Source: Pseudomonadota bacterium | GTDB lineage: Bacteria; Pseudomonadota; Gammaproteobacteria; JAKAQQ01 | Direction: 5' to 3' | Length of the DNA stretch: 64,000 bases | NCBI GenBank assembly: GCA_027365475.1 | Contig: DAHXNI010000080.1 | Coordinates: forward strand, 69,490 to 133,489 | In this document: in pieces, positions 42,866 through 52,337 of the stretch | How positions within the stretch are numbered: the stretch's first letter is position 1 | Layout: each line of letters begins with the position of its first letter | Notes under the pieces: model-generated | What the model was told of the DNA's origin: nothing | The model's input: the letters and a program-made list of their open reading frames with translations, nothing else | Database searches by the model: none | Program-made: the position numbers and the translations under genes

Positions 42866-42957
42866 GCCGCGCTCGCGTACAAGGGCCCAGCGCTGTTATA
42901 CCGCAGACCGCGCCTTTTGTCCAGCCTTCGTGATTATTGCCACATTGAGAATTGCTG

Positions 42958-43240
42958 TTATTTCGTCTCCAAGCTTGACATTTTAAAAATGGACATAGAA
43001 GGGCTGGAGGATGAGGTTTTCTCTTCAGATCCAGAAAAGTGGCTTCCCTTAGTTGATATGATCATCGTAGAGATCCACTCCCCTAAGAAGCTAGAGGTCA
43101 TTCGGAAAATACTTGGGCACTACCATTTTACGATGACACGCTACAGGTCTGTGTGGTACTGCATCAATCGTGCGTATGGTCGAAAAGACAGTGCAGAAAA
43201 AGCACTTGCGGCCCCTCAGCAAAGTTGGCCACACAGGTGA
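42958..43240 (+). pseudogene. FkbM-family methyltransferase C-terminal fragment truncated by the IS
   Basis: LDILKMDIEG.E....IIVEIH; visibly AT-richer; begins at the IS end. Confidence 0.7.
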
Positions 43241-43540
43241 AATGACTCGTTTTCCCCGCGGTCGTAAACGCTTATCCTGTGCCTGCGGTTGCGTTATGGC
43301 TTAACTGCAGAAGGTTTTGATAAATACGCATGGGGCGATCATCCGGCAGAGATATTTCAAAACTAGAAAACAACTATGGCGTGAGTGAGCAAGTGAGGAT
43401 CTTTAGTTTGGCAGATCTGGATCGCGTTGAATAATCCAATAGTATGACGGAACAGGCCATTCTGCTTGGACGTGCCGTGCCCACCCTGGGTCGCCGGGTA
43501 CTGATCAGGGCTTCAGTCGCCAATCGCGTATAGTTGAGAG

Positions 43541-44608
43541 ATGAACCTGCGCAAAATCGTCCATATGGATATGGATGCTTTTTATGCTTCGATCGAGCAA
43601 CGCGACGATCCGGGGCTGCGCGGCAGGCCGGTCGTTGTCGCCTGGCAGGGGGCCCGCTCGGTTGTTTGCGCCGCCTCGTATGAAGCACGACGTTTCGGGA
43701 TCCATTCCGCCATGCCGGCGGTGCGTGCGGAACGGTTGTGCCCGGAGGCGATCTTCGTCCCGCCGGATTTTGCACGCTACCGAGCGGTTTCACAGCTTGT
43801 CCGTGACATATTGAAGAATTATTCCAACCTCGTGGAACCGCTGTCGTTGGATGAGGCCTATCTTGATGTCACGGAAAACAAGGCTGGTCTGTTGTCCGCG
43901 ACGCAGGTGGCACGCGCCATTCGCTCTGAGATACGCGGGGGACTCGACCTCACCGCTTCGGCTGGGGTTGCGGCCAATAAATTTCTGGCCAAGATCGCTT
44001 CGGATTGGCGCAAGCCGGATGGACTTTTCGTCATTCGTCCGCATGAGGTGGCTGCTTTTCTGCACCCTTTGCCGGTGACCCGACTGCCCGGAGTAGGCCG
44101 GGTCACGACGCTCAGGCTCGGGAAGCTCGGTGTCCAGACCGTGGGAGACCTCCAGAGGTTCGATCGGGTTGGACTGGAGAGTCAGTTTGGCCGCTTCGGT
44201 CTGCGCCTCTACGAACTTGCCCGGGGCATTGACGAGCGTCTGGTCGTGCCGAACCGGCCCACGCAGTCCATCTCGGCCGAGGAAACGTTTGAGCGTGATC
44301 GGCACCTCGAAGAGATCGAGCCTGCCATCCGACAGTTGGCCGAGAAAGTCTGGAAGGCGTCACAAAACGAAAAACGGATCGCACGCACCGTAATCCTCAA
44401 GCTCAAGACAGACGGCTTCAGGATCCTGACACGCAGCTACACGAGGGTTTTACCGCTCGCATCCTGCGAGGATCTCACCCGGATTGCCCTCTCGCTCCGG
44501 GAGCGGGTGGATCTTGATCCCGGGCAAGTCTTTCGGCTGGTCGGTGTCGGTTTAAGCAACTTCCGGGAACCGGATGAAATCGTTGCGCAGCCGCCACTTC
44601 TTGAATGA
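43541..44608 (+). CDS. dinB: DNA polymerase IV
   Basis: RKIVHMDMDAFYAS, AASYEAR, SLDEAYLD, KIASD..KPDG. Confidence 0.96.
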   Translation: MNLRKIVHMDMDAFYASIEQRDDPGLRGRPVVVAWQGARSVVCAASYEARRFGIHSAMPAVRAERLCPEAIFVPPDFARYRAVSQLVRDILKNYSNLVEPLSLDEAYLDVTENKAGLLSATQVARAIRSEIRGGLDLTASAGVAANKFLAKIASDWRKPDGLFVIRPHEVAAFLHPLPVTRLPGVGRVTTLRLGKLGVQTVGDLQRFDRVGLESQFGRFGLRLYELARGIDERLVVPNRPTQSISAEETFERDRHLEEIEPAIRQLAEKVWKASQNEKRIARTVILKLKTDGFRILTRSYTRVLPLASCEDLTRIALSLRERVDLDPGQVFRLVGVGLSNFREPDEIVAQPPLLE

Positions 44609-44716
44609 TGTGGCGTTCAGTTGTGTTGCCTTCGGGATAGGTCAGAAAGCCCAGATTGTGAGGATCCCGAGGGGAAATCCGCTATTTTCCGGTACCGATC
44701 CGAATCAGTCGCGAAC

Positions 44717-45406
44717 TTAGACCGCCTTCAGGCGTTCCACAACGAGGCTTGAGGTGGCCATGAGGATCAAATCCGGCAGGCGCTCGGCAAAAATCCCGAC
44801 CTCGACTACACCCGGGATGCACTGGATCTGGCGTTCCACTTGCGACGGATCCGCCAAGGGAAGACTCAGCACGTCCAGAATCTGGTTGCCGTTGTCTGTG
44901 AGGTAGCGCTCACGGAGGGCGGGAGTGCCTCCCATGCGTACGATCTGGCGGGCGACGTAACTGCGGGCAAACGGAATGACTTCGACCGGGACCGATACGG
45001 AATCCCCGAGACGGTCGAAACGCTTGGTTTCGTCGACGATGAGGATAAACCGTCGGCTGGCAGTCGCCAGGATCTTTTCCCGTGTGAGGGCCCCTCCGTG
45101 GCCCTTGATCAGCCTGAAATGCGGGTCGAAAGCATCCGCACCATCGACGTAGAGGTCGATGTCACCGGTTTCGTTGAGATCGAGAACCGGAATGCCGGTC
45201 TGTCTCAGGAGCGATGCAGTCTGTTCAGAGCTTGCGACCGCGCCGTCGAACTGATCCTGTATTTTACCCAAGCCTTCAATGAAATAACGGGTGGTGGATC
45301 CCGTTCCCACTCCGAGATAGCGGACGTTTTGAACCATGGACAGGGCCGCTTCGGCAGCGAGTCGCTTGGCTTTTTCAACCCACGGTGAGGAGCTGGTCGG
45401 CTGCAT
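44717..45406 (-). CDS. rpiA: ribose-5-phosphate isomerase A
   Basis: GVGTGST, DGAD, IKG.GGAL.REK, TDNGN, PGVVE.G. Confidence 0.96.
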   Translation of the reverse strand: MQPTSSSPWVEKAKRLAAEAALSMVQNVRYLGVGTGSTTRYFIEGLGKIQDQFDGAVASSEQTASLLRQTGIPVLDLNETGDIDLYVDGADAFDPHFRLIKGHGGALTREKILATASRRFILIVDETKRFDRLGDSVSVPVEVIPFARSYVARQIVRMGGTPALRERYLTDNGNQILDVLSLPLADPSQVERQIQCIPGVVEVGIFAERLPDLILMATSSLVVERLKAV

Positions 45407-45432
45407 CGGCAGGATGGTCTCGATTGGCTATG

Positions 45433-45464
45433 AAAAAAAGGCGCTGGGCTTTGGGCCCAGCGCC
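45433..45464 (-). terminator. intrinsic terminator after the histone-like gene
   Basis: GGCGCTGGGC-CCAAA-GCCCAGCGCC followed by T7. Confidence 0.85.
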
Positions 45465-45484
45465 TGGATCGTCAACGGGCAGGA

Positions 45485-45913
45485 TCAGAAAATGGCACTG
45501 ATCGATGCTTCCCCGCTCTCATAGAGCGGCAGTTTCGGCTCCGGAATAAACGGGGCCGGACGTTGACTCGTCCCGGAAGGACGTTTTTTGGCCGGCTTGC
45601 GGGCCGGTTTCTTCTTCACCGAGGCCGCATGCCTGCTAGCTGCCTTTTTTTTTACGGCAGTCTTCTTGCCATGAGACGAAGCTTTCTTGGTCGCGCGACG
45701 GCGACCGCCAGCCGCTTTTTTCTTCGTTTTGCCGTGTGCCGCGCTCTTTTTGCGGGCTGCCACTTTCTTTTTGGCTGGAGCCTTTTTCTTCGCTACGACC
45801 CGCTTTTTGGCGGCGGGGCGGCGATGGGCTGATGCGGCTTTGCGGGCCGGTTTACGACGTGCAGACGACTTTTTGGCCGTCGCACTCTTCTTGGTCACTT
45901 TACGTTTCATCAT
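45485..45913 (-). CDS. Lys/Ala-rich histone H1-like protein
   Basis: Repeated AKKK/AARK/KKPA units; GGAGA RBS and own terminator. Confidence 0.8.
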   Translation of the reverse strand: MMKRKVTKKSATAKKSSARRKPARKAASAHRRPAAKKRVVAKKKAPAKKKVAARKKSAAHGKTKKKAAGGRRRATKKASSHGKKTAVKKKAASRHAASVKKKPARKPAKKRPSGTSQRPAPFIPEPKLPLYESGEASISAIF

Positions 45914-46018
45914 CGCGGAATCTCCGCTGTGTAACAACACAGCGGAGAGTATACACAATAAAAAATAAAATTCAGATTTTTTTTCTCGTGAGGTGTGCCG
46001 GCACCCGAGCGCGCGCGG

Positions 46019-46492
46019 TCAGAGCGGGACGAGAGTCACGCGTTTGATGAGATGCTGCCACTCCTCTGGAGTCACCGGAATGATGGAAAGGCGGTTGCCG
46101 CGACGCAGCAGCTGGAAGCCCTGAAGTGCCTGCTCCTCGCGGATTTTCCAGAGCGGGAGCGGGGGATTCAGGCGCGCGACGAGGTGCACATCAACCGCGT
46201 GCCAGCGGATGTGATCGGGCGTACACCGGGAGTCGTAATAGGGGCTCTCCGGATCAAGGCACGAAGGATCCGGGTAGCCCGCACGTACGACCTCCATGAG
46301 TCCCACGATCCCGGGCTCTGCGCAACTCGAATGATAGAGAAACACAGAATCCCCGATCCGGACCCGATCCCGGAGGTAGTTGCGGGCCTGATAGTTGCGA
46401 ATGCCATCCCAACGGGTGGTCTGCTTCGGGGCCGCGAGGAGATCCGTAAGGCTGAATTCGCTCGGTTCAGTCTTGAAGAGCCAGTGTGCCAT
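46019..46492 (-). CDS. EVE-domain protein
   Basis: WLFKTEP, WDGIRNYQARN, YHSSC, RLSIIPV. Confidence 0.92.
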   Translation of the reverse strand: MAHWLFKTEPSEFSLTDLLAAPKQTTRWDGIRNYQARNYLRDRVRIGDSVFLYHSSCAEPGIVGLMEVVRAGYPDPSCLDPESPYYDSRCTPDHIRWHAVDVHLVARLNPPLPLWKIREEQALQGFQLLRRGNRLSIIPVTPEEWQHLIKRVTLVPL

Positions 46493-46507
46493 GATCCAGC
46501 CAGGTGC

Positions 46508-47101
46508 TCAGTGTGCGGACAGCTGTTTCCAGGTGAGTTCCGGGAGCGTTTCGCCTTTAAGATACCAGCATCGGTCCGTTGCAACCGCATCGAGCGGAAC
46601 ATCCCAGGGATTGGGTTCGATCCGGTCGATGCGCTGGCAGTCATGCGCGACGCCGATGAGAAGGGGGAGGTCAAACCGTCCGGGCATGGGCTTCATCCGG
46701 AAAGCGAGTGTTCGATCATAAAACCCACCTCCCGACCCGAGACGTCTTCCGCAAGGATCGAACGCGGTCAGGGGTAGAAGAATACAGGGGCACGCTTCGG
46801 CCGGAAGGGTCGGTCCCTTCAAGGGCTCTGGAATACCGAATGCGTTGGCTCCCATGGGCGTCAGGGGATCCCAGAGCACGAACTCGAGCATTTTCCCGGC
46901 CAGGCGGGGCAGGTAAATTGCAGGAGCACGCTGGCCCATGAGCACCCGGAAGCCATTGGGATCGATTTCGTTGCGTACCGGCAGGTAACTTCCGATTTTG
47001 GCGATCGGGTGAGAGCCGAGAAAGACGGAGAGACGGTGGGCGAGAAACTGAGCGGCCTGTTCCTGCTCTTCTGCGCTCAGTCCGGTCCGGCGTACCCGCA
47101 T
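46508..47101 (-). CDS. ygfA: 5-formyltetrahydrofolate cyclo-ligase
   Basis: GIPEP, PL.AFD..GRRLG.GGGFYDR, WDVPLD; downstream of 6S RNA; start approximate. Confidence 0.92.
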   Translation of the reverse strand: MRVRRTGLSAEEQEQAAQFLAHRLSVFLGSHPIAKIGSYLPVRNEIDPNGFRVLMGQRAPAIYLPRLAGKMLEFVLWDPLTPMGANAFGIPEPLKGPTLPAEACPCILLPLTAFDPCGRRLGSGGGFYDRTLAFRMKPMPGRFDLPLLIGVAHDCQRIDRIEPNPWDVPLDAVATDRCWYLKGETLPELTWKQLSAH

Positions 47102-47152
47102 GGCCCGCCGGATGCGCGCCGGATATTCCGGATCAGGCCACGGTCGGTCAAG

Positions 47153-47338
47153 GACATCTCCCGCCGGCACCGTTACGGGCTTTTGCCCTTGAACCTTCGG
47201 TTCAGGTGGAAGCTTTGCGGTCATCTTCAGGCTCCCCGCATCATGGCGGGTCTGCACACCGACAGCCGGTCGGCCTCCGGGATAGATCAATAGGCTCGAA
47301 GAGAATCCCAGCCCCTATCGCATGCAGCAGGAGATGTC
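47153..47338 (-). ncRNA. ssrS: 6S RNA
   Basis: ~186-nt long hairpin with complementary ends (GACATCTCC / GGAGATGTC) and CCTGAACC..GGTTCAAGG; canonical position between zapA and ygfA. Confidence 0.88.
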
Positions 47339-47435
47339 GCTCTCAATCATGCATCTATCCGGTACTGTTTGCAAGCGATCAAACGGTGCGCAATCGAGAC
47401 GGAACCGTTTGATCTCCGCGATACGGGGAAACCCG

Positions 47436-47747
47436 TCAGTGCATCCGTTCCGCTGGGTCTTCGTGCGCGGCGAGTTGCTCGTTCAAAAGGTGGATGCGTT
47501 CAAGCCACTGTTCGGGTAACGGATTAGCCTGACGCTTTTGGGTCAGGAACTGGTGGGCGAGATTCAGCGCGGCCATGATGGCAATTCGATCGAGACCGAC
47601 CAGCTTGCCCTCGGTGCGGATTTCCTGCATCCGGTCATGCAGGAGAGCCGCCGCCTCAAGGAGCGCAAGCCGCTCGGATTCCGGGCAGCTCACCTGAAAT
47701 TCGCGATCCAGGATGCGGATCGTGACGGATTTGACCTCTTCGGTCAT
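47436..47747 (-). CDS. zapA: cell division protein ZapA
   Basis: ILDREFQVSCP, RIAIMAALNLAH. Confidence 0.93.
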   Translation of the reverse strand: MTEEVKSVTIRILDREFQVSCPESERLALLEAAALLHDRMQEIRTEGKLVGLDRIAIMAALNLAHQFLTQKRQANPLPEQWLERIHLLNEQLAAHEDPAERMH

Positions 47748-47956
47748 CGTTCAATTTCGAGGGTTTTCAGGCGATGAATCATGGACTCGACCCGTGAGCG
47801 GACCTCGTCGCGGCTGTGCAGCAAAACCGCCCGTTCGCTTGCCATCTCACCCATTTTGGTTCGCAGCGACTGGTTTTCCTGACGCAGTCGGGTGGTCTCA
47901 AGCAGAACGAGCCGCAGTCGTTTTTCGAGAGTCTCGAGTTCCTCTTGCCAGTTCAT
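47744..47956 (-). CDS. short coiled-coil protein (TIGR02449 / ZapB-like)
   Basis: RLRQEN..LR...ERA.L......RSRVESMI.RLK; upstream of zapA. Confidence 0.85.
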   Translation of the reverse strand: MNWQEELETLEKRLRLVLLETTRLRQENQSLRTKMGEMASERAVLLHSRDEVRSRVESMIHRLKTLEIER

Positions 47957-48062
47957 GGAAGTCTCCAAGCGACGCTCAACTATACGAACGAATGGAATCC
48001 GGGTCAAATCGCCCGTTTACCGTACCGGTTTGACCCCACAGAGTGCTAGAATCGACCGAGGT

Positions 48063-48626
48063 ATGCGCCTCCGGCCGGATCAGGCAAGCATTTTGATCGC
48101 GCGTCATCACTCCGCACCCTCCGGGACCGAGCCGTCACATCAGCTTTACGGGGAGGTGGTGGGCTTCGTCTGTGCGGGCCACCTGCGTCCGGATGCTGAT
48201 CCGGATGATGGAGTCACCGCTTTCGTTCGGGCGGTTCGGGATCATTTTGGCTGGGGGGCGCGCGAACTCGATTTCTGGCAAGCAACGCAGGTGCCGCTCG
48301 ACCGCAAACTGGCTCAAGGGTTCATCGATTTCGAACTCGGTCTGCCAGCCGACGAAGTGGCTCTTGGGACTCGGATCGAGGCGCTGAGCGAATGGCTGTC
48401 CGGGTTCCTCCCGGCATTCGGATGGATGGATCCCAGGTTTCCACTTTCCCGGGAGAGTCACGAGATTCTCGAGGATCTCGCAGAGATCCGCTGCGCGGAA
48501 ACACCGGATGAGCCCGGTGAAGATCACGAAATCGCATTTGTCGAACTGGTCGAATACGTCCGGGCTGCCGTTCAGTTCCTATATGATGAGCGTCACAGCC
48601 CCTCAGGGCGGTCCGGTGCAGGTTAA
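48063..48626 (+). CDS. UPF0149 (YgfB-like) protein
   Basis: RIEALSEW.SGFL, AFVELVEYVR; upstream of pepP. Confidence 0.8.
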   Translation: MRLRPDQASILIARHHSAPSGTEPSHQLYGEVVGFVCAGHLRPDADPDDGVTAFVRAVRDHFGWGARELDFWQATQVPLDRKLAQGFIDFELGLPADEVALGTRIEALSEWLSGFLPAFGWMDPRFPLSRESHEILEDLAEIRCAETPDEPGEDHEIAFVELVEYVRAAVQFLYDERHSPSGRSGAG

Positions 48627-48631
48627 AGAGC

Positions 48632-49945
48632 ATGAATCATGAGGAATGGGTACGCCGTAGACGCGCACTGGCCCGAGAAATGGGACCGGGAACCGTTGCG
48701 ATTCTGCCAGGCGCACACGAGAAGATCCGCAATCGTGATGTGCACTACCGCTTTCGCCAGGACAGTGATTTCCTCTATCTCACGGGATTTTCCGAACCGG
48801 ATGCCGTCATGGTTCTGGTTCCGGGACGCCCGGAAGGGGAATATCTCATGTTCCTGAGGCCCCGGGATCGTGTGCACGAAATCTGGACAGGACGGCGTCT
48901 CGGCCCGGAGGGTGCCATTCGTGAACTGGGCGCTGATCAGGCTTTTCCGATCGGGGACATCGGGAAGGTTCTGCCGGAAATCCTCGAAGGAGCAGAGCGC
49001 ATTTATTACACGATGGGGCAGAACGAGGAGTTTGACCACGAGATCATGAGCTGGATCAACCGGCTGCGCGAGCGTTCCCGTCAGGGGGTGGTTCCGCCGG
49101 AGACTTTCGTGTCCCTCGACCAACTGATTCATGAGATGCGCCTGTTCAAGTCCGCCGCCGAAGTGGTCGAGATGCGCAAGGCTGCCCGGATCAGTGTGGC
49201 GGCCCATCGGCGGGTCATGGCCCGGCTCGCACCGGGACTCCATGAATACGAGGTGGCAGCCGAAGTGCTCCACGAGTTCGCCCGTGAGGGCTGTGAGGAG
49301 GCTTATGCGACCATCGCTGGTGGCGGAGTGAATGCCTGCGTGCTCCACTATGTCGAAAACCGGGACCTCCTATGTGTCGGTGATCTCTTGCTTCTGGATG
49401 CCGGATGCGAATCAGCAGGCTATGCCTCTGATATCACCCGTACCTATCCCGTGAGCGGTCGGTTCTCAGCCGAGCAACGGGCGATCTACAATCTTGTTCT
49501 CGCCGCGCAGGAGGCGGCGATCGCGGCCTGCCGGATCGGCCACCACTGGAATGAACCGCATGAGGCAACCGTACGGGTGATTACCCAGGGGCTCATCCGT
49601 TTGGGGCTGCTCAAGGGTCCGCTTCGGGAGCTCATCCAGGATCGCGCCTACGAGACGTTCTATATGCACCGGGCTGGGCACTGGCTTGGTCTCGATGTCC
49701 ACGATGTCGGGAGCTACAAAGTGGATGGGGACTGGCGCGAATTGGAACCTGGCATGGTGCTGACCGTGGAGCCCGGAATCTATATCCGCCCGGGCTTGCG
49801 AGGGATACCCAGAGGTTTTCAGGGAATCGGCATCCGGATTGAGGATGATGTCCGGATCACCCGGAGGGAACCGGACGTTTTGACGCGGGGTCTCGTCAAA
49901 ACCGCATCCGCCATCGAAACCGTGATGCAAAGCCGGAGGCTCTGA
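48632..49945 (+). CDS. pepP: Xaa-Pro aminopeptidase
   Basis: FRQDSDF.YLTGF, DAG, SDITRT, GHWLGLDVHD, EPGIY, GIRIEDD. Confidence 0.96.
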   Translation: MNHEEWVRRRRALAREMGPGTVAILPGAHEKIRNRDVHYRFRQDSDFLYLTGFSEPDAVMVLVPGRPEGEYLMFLRPRDRVHEIWTGRRLGPEGAIRELGADQAFPIGDIGKVLPEILEGAERIYYTMGQNEEFDHEIMSWINRLRERSRQGVVPPETFVSLDQLIHEMRLFKSAAEVVEMRKAARISVAAHRRVMARLAPGLHEYEVAAEVLHEFAREGCEEAYATIAGGGVNACVLHYVENRDLLCVGDLLLLDAGCESAGYASDITRTYPVSGRFSAEQRAIYNLVLAAQEAAIAACRIGHHWNEPHEATVRVITQGLIRLGLLKGPLRELIQDRAYETFYMHRAGHWLGLDVHDVGSYKVDGDWRELEPGMVLTVEPGIYIRPGLRGIPRGFQGIGIRIEDDVRITRREPDVLTRGLVKTASAIETVMQSRRL

Positions 49946-51147
49946 TCACTCCCCCGGGCGGAACCCGCATATGGGATGACGAAATTGTCATCTCAGGTGC
50001 CGGATCGGTTGGCTCCGCCCTGGCCCTCGGGCTGGCCCGCTCAGGCTTTGGAGTGACACTCATCGAAGTGCGGAAAGGAGGGGTACCCCTTCAGGACCGC
50101 AGACGTTTCGTGCTGTCGGAACTATCCGCCCAGTGGCTCGGCCAGATCGGTGTCTGGGATGGACTTTCGGAAGGCGTGCAGCCCATTCACTCGATTCGGG
50201 TGGATGAACCGGGCGGCTGCCCCGTCGATTTCGAGGCGCGGGAGATCGACCTGCCCACCTTGGGTTATGCGGTCGATGCCGGGACGCTCGCCCGGGCTTT
50301 CGAGCGCGCCATTCGGGGGGAACCGCGCATCCGCTTCCTCGAAGGCGCGAGGATCCGCCACTTGGATTCCGCGAGGCCAGTACCAAGCTTAGAGATCGAG
50401 TTGGACACGGGTGCAACTTTAACTCTCGCCACTCGCCTGGTGGTGGTGGCCGAGGGGCAGGCCTCCTCTTTTCTTGAGGCCCAGGGGTTCAACATCTGCA
50501 CGCGGGACTCCGGTCGATCGGCGCTCGTCATCCGTCTCGAGGGTCTGTCCGGCGTGAGCCCGGATCGGGTTTTCGAGCGTCTCGGTGCGGAAGGTCTCCT
50601 CGCTCTACTGCCTGAATCATCCCGTGAGGCCACGCTGACTTGGACGCTTCGGAACGACCGGGCCGACGACTTTCTTGCGCAAGCCCCCGTGAGGCAGCGT
50701 ATGGAACTCGCCCGCCTGCTCGGGTTGCCGCCCGGGGGTCTCGACTGGAGTGAGCATCCCAGCCGGTTTGACCTTGTACGGCGCGCAGTCGATCCGCCGT
50801 ACCATGCGGGCATCCTCGTGATCGGTCAGGCCGCTCACCGCATCGCTCCCTTTGCCGCTCAGGGCATGAATCTCGCCTGGCGGGATGCCCGCGCGCTGGT
50901 CACAGGACTCATCCGTGCAGAGGAGACGGGGATCGATTTTGGCTCGGTCGCGTGGCTCGCAAACTACTGGCGTGGACGGCGACCCGATCACCGGCGCGTC
51001 AGCCATCTCACCGAGCATCTGCCACGCCTTTTCGAACCGCGCGATCCACTGACACGCTGGGTGCGGCGCTCCGGATGGTGCATCATAGGCATGGCCCCGT
51101 CCGTCCGGCGCACGATCCTGCGTTTCGGGCTCGGGTGGAGCCTTTGA
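49942..51147 (+). CDS. ubiH: FAD-dependent ubiquinone hydroxylase, UbiH-like
   Basis: IVISGAGSVGSALAL Rossmann motif upstream of the ORF-track start; G.AAH...PFAAQG.NL..RD; follows pepP. Confidence 0.78.
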   Translation: MITPPGGTRIWDDEIVISGAGSVGSALALGLARSGFGVTLIEVRKGGVPLQDRRRFVLSELSAQWLGQIGVWDGLSEGVQPIHSIRVDEPGGCPVDFEAREIDLPTLGYAVDAGTLARAFERAIRGEPRIRFLEGARIRHLDSARPVPSLEIELDTGATLTLATRLVVVAEGQASSFLEAQGFNICTRDSGRSALVIRLEGLSGVSPDRVFERLGAEGLLALLPESSREATLTWTLRNDRADDFLAQAPVRQRMELARLLGLPPGGLDWSEHPSRFDLVRRAVDPPYHAGILVIGQAAHRIAPFAAQGMNLAWRDARALVTGLIRAEETGIDFGSVAWLANYWRGRRPDHRRVSHLTEHLPRLFEPRDPLTRWVRRSGWCIIGMAPSVRRTILRFGLGWSL

Positions 51148-52337
51148 ACCCGCGGGGACAGTCGTCAGCCGGTTGTGCTCCGGTGGCCATTGCCGGGAGT
51201 GGCCCGGTGGCCCGTCTTCTCGCGTGTTTTCTTGCTCAAGATGGCCACCCCGTGGTTCTTTTGGATCATCTGCCCAACGCTCCGGAAACCGAGGATACGC
51301 GACTTTATGCACTCTCTCCCCTGAGTCTCCAGATTCTCGAAACGCACGGTCTTTATTCCGAGCTCGGGCCCAAACGCTGCCGGGTCTTTTCCGATCTCGA
51401 GATCTGGGTTTACCATGAGCCGACCCGGGTTCGTTTCTCAGCTTCCGACATCGGGGGTTTTCTGCTCGGCGGCCTGGTCTATGCGCGCGATCTCAATCGG
51501 GTGCTCATGGAACGCGTGTCCGAACTCGGTATTCCCACGCACCGGTTCGATCCGGATCAACTTGAGCGAACGTCTCAGGGATGGGTGATCGGGACTGGAG
51601 ATGCGGCGTTTCAGGCGTCGCTCCTCGTCGTGGCGGAAGGCAGCCATTCGAGACTGCGCGAACGGTTCAGGATCCCGGTCGAGACACGGGATTATGGAGA
51701 AGAGGCCCTGACGTTTGGGCTTGCGACCGAGCATGATCTCGGGTCGACTCCAAGACAGGTTTTTACTCCCTGGGGTCCGCTGGGTCTCCTGCCGGCTCCG
51801 GATGGCACGCTCTCAGGCGTCTGGTCGATGCCGGCCGTGCGAGCGCGGGAGTGGCTCAATCGGTCGGCTCCCTCCTTCGAGGCACTCCTTTCTGAAGCAA
51901 CCGAGGGGATGGGCGGCCGCCTATCGCTTTTGGCACCTCCTCGTTCGTTTCCACTGCGTTGCCTCCATGCGCAGACCTATGTCGGCGATCGTCTGGCACT
52001 TGCGGGTGATGCCGCGCATGTGATCCATCCTTTCGCAGGACAGGGGCTCAACCTGGGTTTCCTGGATGCGTGTGCGCTTGCGGATGACCTCAAGCGCTCT
52101 GGGGACGGGAGCGAGGCAGCGCTCCGCAGGGTGCTCATGCGCTATGACCGGCGTCGCCGGAGGGAGAACCAGAAATTCCTTCTGGCCCTTGAGGGGGTGC
52201 GGATGCTCTTTCGGAAACCGGATCTCTTGGGATTGCGAGCGCTCATGCTCGGTGCACTCGCGCAGGTCGCTTTGTTGCGTCGGCCCTGGGTCCGGCGTGC
52301 CACGGGCTCGCAGGGCCGTCGCCTCTTGGTGCCATGA
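51144..52337 (+). CDS. FAD-dependent monooxygenase, UbiI/VisC-like
   Basis: IAGSGPV, GDAAH.IHP.AGQGLNLG..D; TTG start overlaps the ubiH stop. Confidence 0.82.
   Translation: MNPRGQSSAGCAPVAIAGSGPVARLLACFLAQDGHPVVLLDHLPNAPETEDTRLYALSPLSLQILETHGLYSELGPKRCRVFSDLEIWVYHEPTRVRFSASDIGGFLLGGLVYARDLNRVLMERVSELGIPTHRFDPDQLERTSQGWVIGTGDAAFQASLLVVAEGSHSRLRERFRIPVETRDYGEEALTFGLATEHDLGSTPRQVFTPWGPLGLLPAPDGTLSGVWSMPAVRAREWLNRSAPSFEALLSEATEGMGGRLSLLAPPRSFPLRCLHAQTYVGDRLALAGDAAHVIHPFAGQGLNLGFLDACALADDLKRSGDGSEAALRRVLMRYDRRRRRENQKFLLALEGVRMLFRKPDLLGLRALMLGALAQVALLRRPWVRRATGSQGRRLLVP

Larger units (their letters stand above)
40563..42957 (-). mobile_element. IS element (ISNCY/ISAs1-like DDE) with passenger gene
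   Basis: Perfect terminal inverted repeats CAGCAATTCTCAATGTG (40563-40579) / CACATTGAGAATTGCTG (42941-42957). Confidence 0.88.

Noticed and set aside
43330-43540. LexA box upstream of dinB
   Set aside because: No CTGT-N8-ACAG-type site found
45560-45900. Tandem DNA repeats
   Set aside because: Explained by Lys/Ala low-complexity coding
46019-46492. EVE protein as part of a modification-dependent restriction system
   Set aside because: Stand-alone EVE in a housekeeping position after ygfA, with no nuclease partner
47102-47290. N-terminal extension of ygfA
   Set aside because: Overlaps the 6S RNA
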